Below, in pieces: positions 24,082 to 28,426 of a stretch of 28,426 bases of DNA. Both the position numbers and the translations under genes were made by a program. Within the stretch, counting starts at the first letter, position 1. Each line of letters starts with the position of its first letter. A model generated the notes under the pieces. It was not told the DNA's origin, did no database searches, and saw nothing but the letters and a program-made list of their open reading frames with translations. This stretch comes from a virus (Duplodnaviria > Caudoviricetes), in the IMG/VR virus record IMGVR_UViG_3300020422_000002, positions 1-28,426 of that record. One strand, given 5' to 3'.

Positions 24082-26963
24082 GTATTTTAGGAGTAGGGGG
24101 AGGTGCTGTTGGAGTAAGTGGATTTTACCCACATACTATAGACCAATCCTTAAGATTTGATGGCAGTACATCAAAATTTGAAATAACACCTTCAAGTGAT
24201 GGTAACCGAAAAAAATGGACTACAAGTTGGTGGGTAAAAAGAGCAAAACTTGGAGCATTACAATATATGTGGTCTGGTGCTTCATATTATGGTAATGATG
24301 GGATTTCCGCACTTTATTTCAATAGTGATGATAAGTTACATATGTATTTTGATGCAAACACACATCCATATGGTGCTATAAATAATCGTGTCTACAGAGA
24401 TACAACAAATTGGTATCATATCGTCTGGGCAGTCGATGCTGAAAACACAGCAACAAAGGTTTACGTCAATGGTGTTGAAGAAACTAGTGCAATTCAGCCA
24501 CCGAATTTTAGTTATGGTATGAATAAGGCAAGTACAAAGATGGGATTTGGAGTTGCAACTTGGGGGGGATCACCAAATTATGATGGATATTGTGCTGAGT
24601 TTGTTCATTTAGATGGTCAATATTTAACTGCCGATAGCTTTGGAGAATTTAAAAATGGAGTTTGGGTAGGAAAGAATATAAACGAGCAAGGTTTTACATT
24701 TGGTACAAATGGCTTTTATTTGCCATTTTCAGATAGTAGTAATATTGGATATGATTATCAAACTACTGATAGAAGTACAACAAACGATGTTACAACTACT
24801 GGATTAGCTTCCTCAGATGTGGTTTTAGATTCGCCTACTTCAAATTTTGCTACTTTAAATGTTTTACAAACTTCAAATAATGCTAGTACCTTTTATTTTT
24901 CAGAAGGAAGTTTAGGACTTAATGTCACCAATAATAGTGGATATAGAAATTGCTCTGCTACTTTTAGTCCTATGGGTATTAAAGGATATTTTGAATTTTG
25001 CGTTACTACAGGCACACCTAACTTTTACATAGGTGTAATTGAAGATACAACATATCCAACAAATTTGGATTATGCTGATACATCACATAATTATACAGCG
25101 TTAGTTCATAATAGTGGAGTTTACCAAAATGCAGTCATCCCAAGTCAAGGCAATAAAATTGTAAGGGGAGGTTCTACTTATCTTCCTCACAATATTGGAA
25201 CTATTTCAGCAGGTGATGTTTTGGGTATGGCATTTGATTTTACTGGTACAAATAGACGAATATGGTTTCATAGAGCAAATACATATGGAACTTCAAGTAG
25301 TGGAGTTGGCAATCCATCAACTGGTGCAAATCCAGTTCAATCAGAAACATATTTAAATTCTACTTCAGATTATAGATTTCATTTTGGTGCTAATACTGGA
25401 AGTGGATTACAAACAATAATTTTTAATTTTGGGCAAGATGGAACTTTTAATGGTACTAAGACAGCACAAGGTAACACAGATGCAAATGGTAATGGGGATT
25501 TCTTTTACGCTGTGCCGACTGATTTTATTGCATTATGCTCTGCTTCATTAAGCGACACTACACTCTCGCCCAATCAGTTAGAAAACGCTAGTGATTATTT
25601 TAACACAAAACTTTGGACAGGAACTGGAGCAAGTGCCGATGCTAAAACAGGAGTAGGTTTTCAACCAGATTGGTTGTGGGCAAAAGATAGAAATTATGCA
25701 AATGGTCATCATCTATTTGATAGTTCAAGAGGTGTAGATAATTATCTTTCATCTGATTCAAATGCTAGTGAAACAAATAATAGTGGCTATGCTCTCCAAT
25801 CTTTTGATGCAGATGGATTTACAACAGTTGGTCAAGGAATAAATTATTTAAATGTAAGTGATTATGTAGGATGGAATTGGCGTTGTGGGGGAACAACACC
25901 TACAAAGACTTATAAAGTTGTAGTTGTTTCGGATAGCGGAAACAAATATCGATTTCGCAATTCTTCAGACTCAGCCACGTTTCCTCAAAGTGGAGTAACG
26001 CTAAATCTACAAGAGTTAGGAACATACGTTTTTGATTACTCTGATAGTTCAGCACAAGGACACCCATTTAGATTTTCAACAACATCTGATGGAACTCATG
26101 GTGGTGGCTCAGAATATACAACAGGAGTAGTTAAAGACGATAGCAATTATAAAATCACTATTACAGTTGCTAGTTCAGCACCTCAGTTATATTTTTATTG
26201 TAGCATCCATTCAGGGATGGGTGGATCTGTAAACACGAATAGTACATTCGGATCGACAAACTTCGATGGAGAAGTATTAAGTATTACACAAAATAATTCT
26301 AATGCAGGATTTTCTATTGCAACTTTTACTGGTTCTTCTGCTTCAAGTTCAACTTTTTCAGTCGGTCATGGATTAGGCTCAACCCCAAAGATGATTATAG
26401 CAAAACAAAGAAATCTTGCTTCAGGTTGGTCAGTATATCATCACAAAATTGATAGTTCATCACCTGAAGGATATTATATTCTTTTAAATTCGTCAGGTGC
26501 AAGAGTTTCAAGTAGTACAGGTTGGGGAAATACTGCACCAACCTCTACTGTTTTTTCAACATATACTACTGGTTTTTGGGGAACTTCAGCAGAAATAGTC
26601 GCATACTGTTTTGATGAAGTAGAGGGTCACTCAAAACTGGGATCTTATATTGGGAATGGGAGCAGTAGTGGACAGTACATTCATATAGGTTTTCGTGTGG
26701 CTTTCATTATGTTTAAGCGAACAAATAGTGCTGATAACTGGTGGATACATGATAATAAAAGAAATACTTTTAATCCAACAATTAACTATTTAAGTGCTAA
26801 TACGAATAATGTAGAATATTCTAATCTTTCAGAAGTAGTTGATTTTACAAGCAATGGAGTAAAAATTAGGACAACAACAACAGCACTTAATGCTAATGGT
26901 TCAACATATATCTATATGGCTTTTGGAGATGGAAATACAGCAAAATTTGGAAATAGTAGATAG
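24078..26963 (+). CDS. Multi-domain tail fibre / receptor-binding protein (LamG, SPRY-like, cupredoxin-like insert)
   Basis: SLRF, RD...WYHIV, DSPT.NFATLN, NFGQD, VGFQPDW.W.K.R, HGLG..P and YIYMAF motifs. Confidence 0.85.
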   Translation: MSILGVGGGAVGVSGFYPHTIDQSLRFDGSTSKFEITPSSDGNRKKWTTSWWVKRAKLGALQYMWSGASYYGNDGISALYFNSDDKLHMYFDANTHPYGAINNRVYRDTTNWYHIVWAVDAENTATKVYVNGVEETSAIQPPNFSYGMNKASTKMGFGVATWGGSPNYDGYCAEFVHLDGQYLTADSFGEFKNGVWVGKNINEQGFTFGTNGFYLPFSDSSNIGYDYQTTDRSTTNDVTTTGLASSDVVLDSPTSNFATLNVLQTSNNASTFYFSEGSLGLNVTNNSGYRNCSATFSPMGIKGYFEFCVTTGTPNFYIGVIEDTTYPTNLDYADTSHNYTALVHNSGVYQNAVIPSQGNKIVRGGSTYLPHNIGTISAGDVLGMAFDFTGTNRRIWFHRANTYGTSSSGVGNPSTGANPVQSETYLNSTSDYRFHFGANTGSGLQTIIFNFGQDGTFNGTKTAQGNTDANGNGDFFYAVPTDFIALCSASLSDTTLSPNQLENASDYFNTKLWTGTGASADAKTGVGFQPDWLWAKDRNYANGHHLFDSSRGVDNYLSSDSNASETNNSGYALQSFDADGFTTVGQGINYLNVSDYVGWNWRCGGTTPTKTYKVVVVSDSGNKYRFRNSSDSATFPQSGVTLNLQELGTYVFDYSDSSAQGHPFRFSTTSDGTHGGGSEYTTGVVKDDSNYKITITVASSAPQLYFYCSIHSGMGGSVNTNSTFGSTNFDGEVLSITQNNSNAGFSIATFTGSSASSSTFSVGHGLGSTPKMIIAKQRNLASGWSVYHHKIDSSSPEGYYILLNSSGARVSSSTGWGNTAPTSTVFSTYTTGFWGTSAEIVAYCFDEVEGHSKLGSYIGNGSSSGQYIHIGFRVAFIMFKRTNSADNWWIHDNKRNTFNPTINYLSANTNNVEYSNLSEVVDFTSNGVKIRTTTTALNANGSTYIYMAFGDGNTAKFGNSR

Positions 26964-26972
26964 GAGAAAAAA

Positions 26973-27530
26973 ATGCCTTGGAAACATAATAATATAGCAA
27001 TTAAAGCAGGTAAAGCATGGTCTGATAAAGATGGTGTTCAACACCCTGCAAACTGGATGATTTGGACTGATCCTGAGAAAAAAGATAAAGGTCTTACTTG
27101 GGAAGATGAGCCTGACACAAGTTTTGATAATCGTTTTTATACGTCAAAAAATGTTGAAAGAAAACTTGATGATGAAGATGCAAAAGATGCTGATGGCAAA
27201 CAGTTGTATGAACAAGATGGCAAAACAAAACTTATTTATGAGGGATTAAAAACAATATGGATAAGGCAAACAAAAGAAACAGCAAATTCACTCCTGAAGC
27301 AATCGGATTGGTATATTATCAGAGCAAGTGATGATTCAAGTTTAGCAGTACCTTCAGACATAACAGCAAAAAGAAAAGCAATAAGAGATGCTTGTAAAAC
27401 AATAGAGGATAAGATCAATGCTTGTAGTAGTCTTGCAGACTTCCAAGCCATGTTTGTTGTGCCGACTGATGATAGTAATCCACCAAACCCTATTGGGAAT
27501 GCTCCCATATATGACTGGCCTACAGAGTAA
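26973..27530 (+). CDS. Tail fibre assembly chaperone-like protein
   Basis: HPANW, LL..SDW...R, R.AIR and terminal WP; follows the fibre gene. Confidence 0.7.
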   Translation: MPWKHNNIAIKAGKAWSDKDGVQHPANWMIWTDPEKKDKGLTWEDEPDTSFDNRFYTSKNVERKLDDEDAKDADGKQLYEQDGKTKLIYEGLKTIWIRQTKETANSLLKQSDWYIIRASDDSSLAVPSDITAKRKAIRDACKTIEDKINACSSLADFQAMFVVPTDDSNPPNPIGNAPIYDWPTE

Positions 27531-27533
27531 AAA

Positions 27534-27761
27534 TTGGAAATATCGGTTGAAATATTATGGTCGGCCATAATCACATTAATTATCATGCCAATGGCTTGGG
27601 TTTTTACCTATTTGGTGAAGGAGGTTAAAAGACAGCAAATTCTGTTAAACCGCACAAGAGAGGATTATGCAAAAAAAAGTGAAGTTAAGTCAGACATAGA
27701 AACTGTAATGGATGCCCTTCACAGACTAGAGGATAAATTAGATAAAGTTCTTTCTAAATAA
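27534..27761 (+). CDS. Small membrane protein (TM plus coiled coil), possible lysis accessory
   Basis: N-terminal TM, REDY and RLEDKLD motifs; TTG start. Confidence 0.65.
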   Translation: MEISVEILWSAIITLIIMPMAWVFTYLVKEVKRQQILLNRTREDYAKKSEVKSDIETVMDALHRLEDKLDKVLSK

Positions 27762-27771
27762 GGATACATAA

Positions 27772-28230
27772 ATGATAGACCCCATAAGTGCATTTGGAAT
27801 GCTTACATCTGCTCATGCAGGAATAAAAAAAATTATTTCTATGGGTAGAGATTTGAATAGTGCATCCAACTATATAAAAAAATATGCCACAGCCGAGGCA
27901 GAATTATCTTTTGGAAAAGAAAGAAAAAAAAAGAGATGGTTTGGCCTTGGTTCAGCTACTTCCGATGCATTAGACATTCATTTTAAAAAGGAAGAACAAA
28001 GAAAAATGCACGAAGAATTGAGGTCAATGTTCCTGCTTTATGGCTCTAGAGGCGAATGGGAGAGGCTACAGGCCACCATTGCACAGGTTAGGGCAGAACG
28101 TAAGAAAGAGTTAGAAGAGATAGCCAGACAAAGAGATTTGGTGATAAAAGTGTCAGTAGGTGTAGGCCTAGCTATTATAGGCGGTATAGCTATTTATTAC
28201 TGGGCATTATATTTGAAAGGTAGTTTATGA
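27772..28230 (+). CDS. Hypothetical membrane-anchored protein
   Basis: MIDPISA start, coiled coil, C-terminal TM. Confidence 0.75.
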   Translation: MIDPISAFGMLTSAHAGIKKIISMGRDLNSASNYIKKYATAEAELSFGKERKKKRWFGLGSATSDALDIHFKKEEQRKMHEELRSMFLLYGSRGEWERLQATIAQVRAERKKELEEIARQRDLVIKVSVGVGLAIIGGIAIYYWALYLKGSL

Positions 28231-28426
28231 GTAATTTAATTGCACAACTGAAGAGACACGAATCTTTAGAACTAAAACCTTATAAATGTACTTCTGGTAA
28301 ACTTACTATTGGAGTAGGTAGGAACTTAGAAGACATAGGAATTACAGAACAAGAGGCCGAATTACTGCTTTTAAACGACATAGGCAGGGTAAAACAGGAA
28401 CTTGTGAATGATCAATGGTACATGGA
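28227..28426 (+). CDS. GH24 (T4-type) lysozyme, partial
   Basis: Not in ORF track. MSNLIAQLKRHESLELKPYKCTSGKLTIGVGRNL shows E-x8-(D/C)-x5-T spacing and TIG.GRNL. Confidence 0.9.
   Translation, partial: MSNLIAQLKRHESLELKPYKCTSGKLTIGVGRNLEDIGITEQEAELLLLNDIGRVKQELVNDQWYM

Noticed and set aside
655-27586. Antisense and alternate-frame ORFs in the track (e.g. 655-843, 3825-4040, 4041-4241, 4469-4711, 8698-8964, 10653-10943, 10750-11079, 13972-14274, 16702-17310, 27236-27586)
   Set aside because: They overlap well-supported genes and I saw no recognisable motifs; they are shadow ORFs
28255-28310. Lysozyme inactivated because Cys replaces the T4L Asp20 position
   Set aside because: Cys at this position is a common GH24 variant; Glu and Thr are retained
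1-28426. CRISPR array, tRNA, integrase, transposase, or DGR (reverse transcriptase with TR/VR pair)
   Set aside because: No repeat-spacer array, cloverleaf, RT or recombinase motif seen; intergenic gaps are short

Overview
AT-rich segment of a tailed dsDNA phage genome with P22/HTVC010P-like podovirus organisation, probably marine with an alphaproteobacterial host (inferred from a DUF6456 gene and the gene families). Left to right: a partial leftward YqaJ exonuclease; a divergent early operon (Cro-like HTH, Hjc-type resolvase, HTH replication initiator, DUF6456 regulator); a late promoter and terminator; terS and terL; an accessory block (454-aa unknown, SET-domain protein, several Lys-rich mini-proteins); portal; an RTX-activating HlyC-family acyltransferase; scaffold; major capsid; adaptor and tail proteins; a GNAT-like gene; three ejection proteins; tail fibres; and a partial lysozyme. 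Most notable: (1) three protein-modifying enzymes (HlyC-type acyltransferase, SET methyltransferase, GNAT-like) sit inside the virion module, each beside plausible substrates; (2) I found no Ala-Ala, Pro-Gly or Gly-Pro dipeptide in any real ORF, implying strong GCNGC/CCNGG/GGNCC avoidance; (3) a DUF6456 gene sits in the lambda-Q position ahead of a pR'/tR'-like promoter-terminator. All family calls are by-eye motif recognition, with no searches run.
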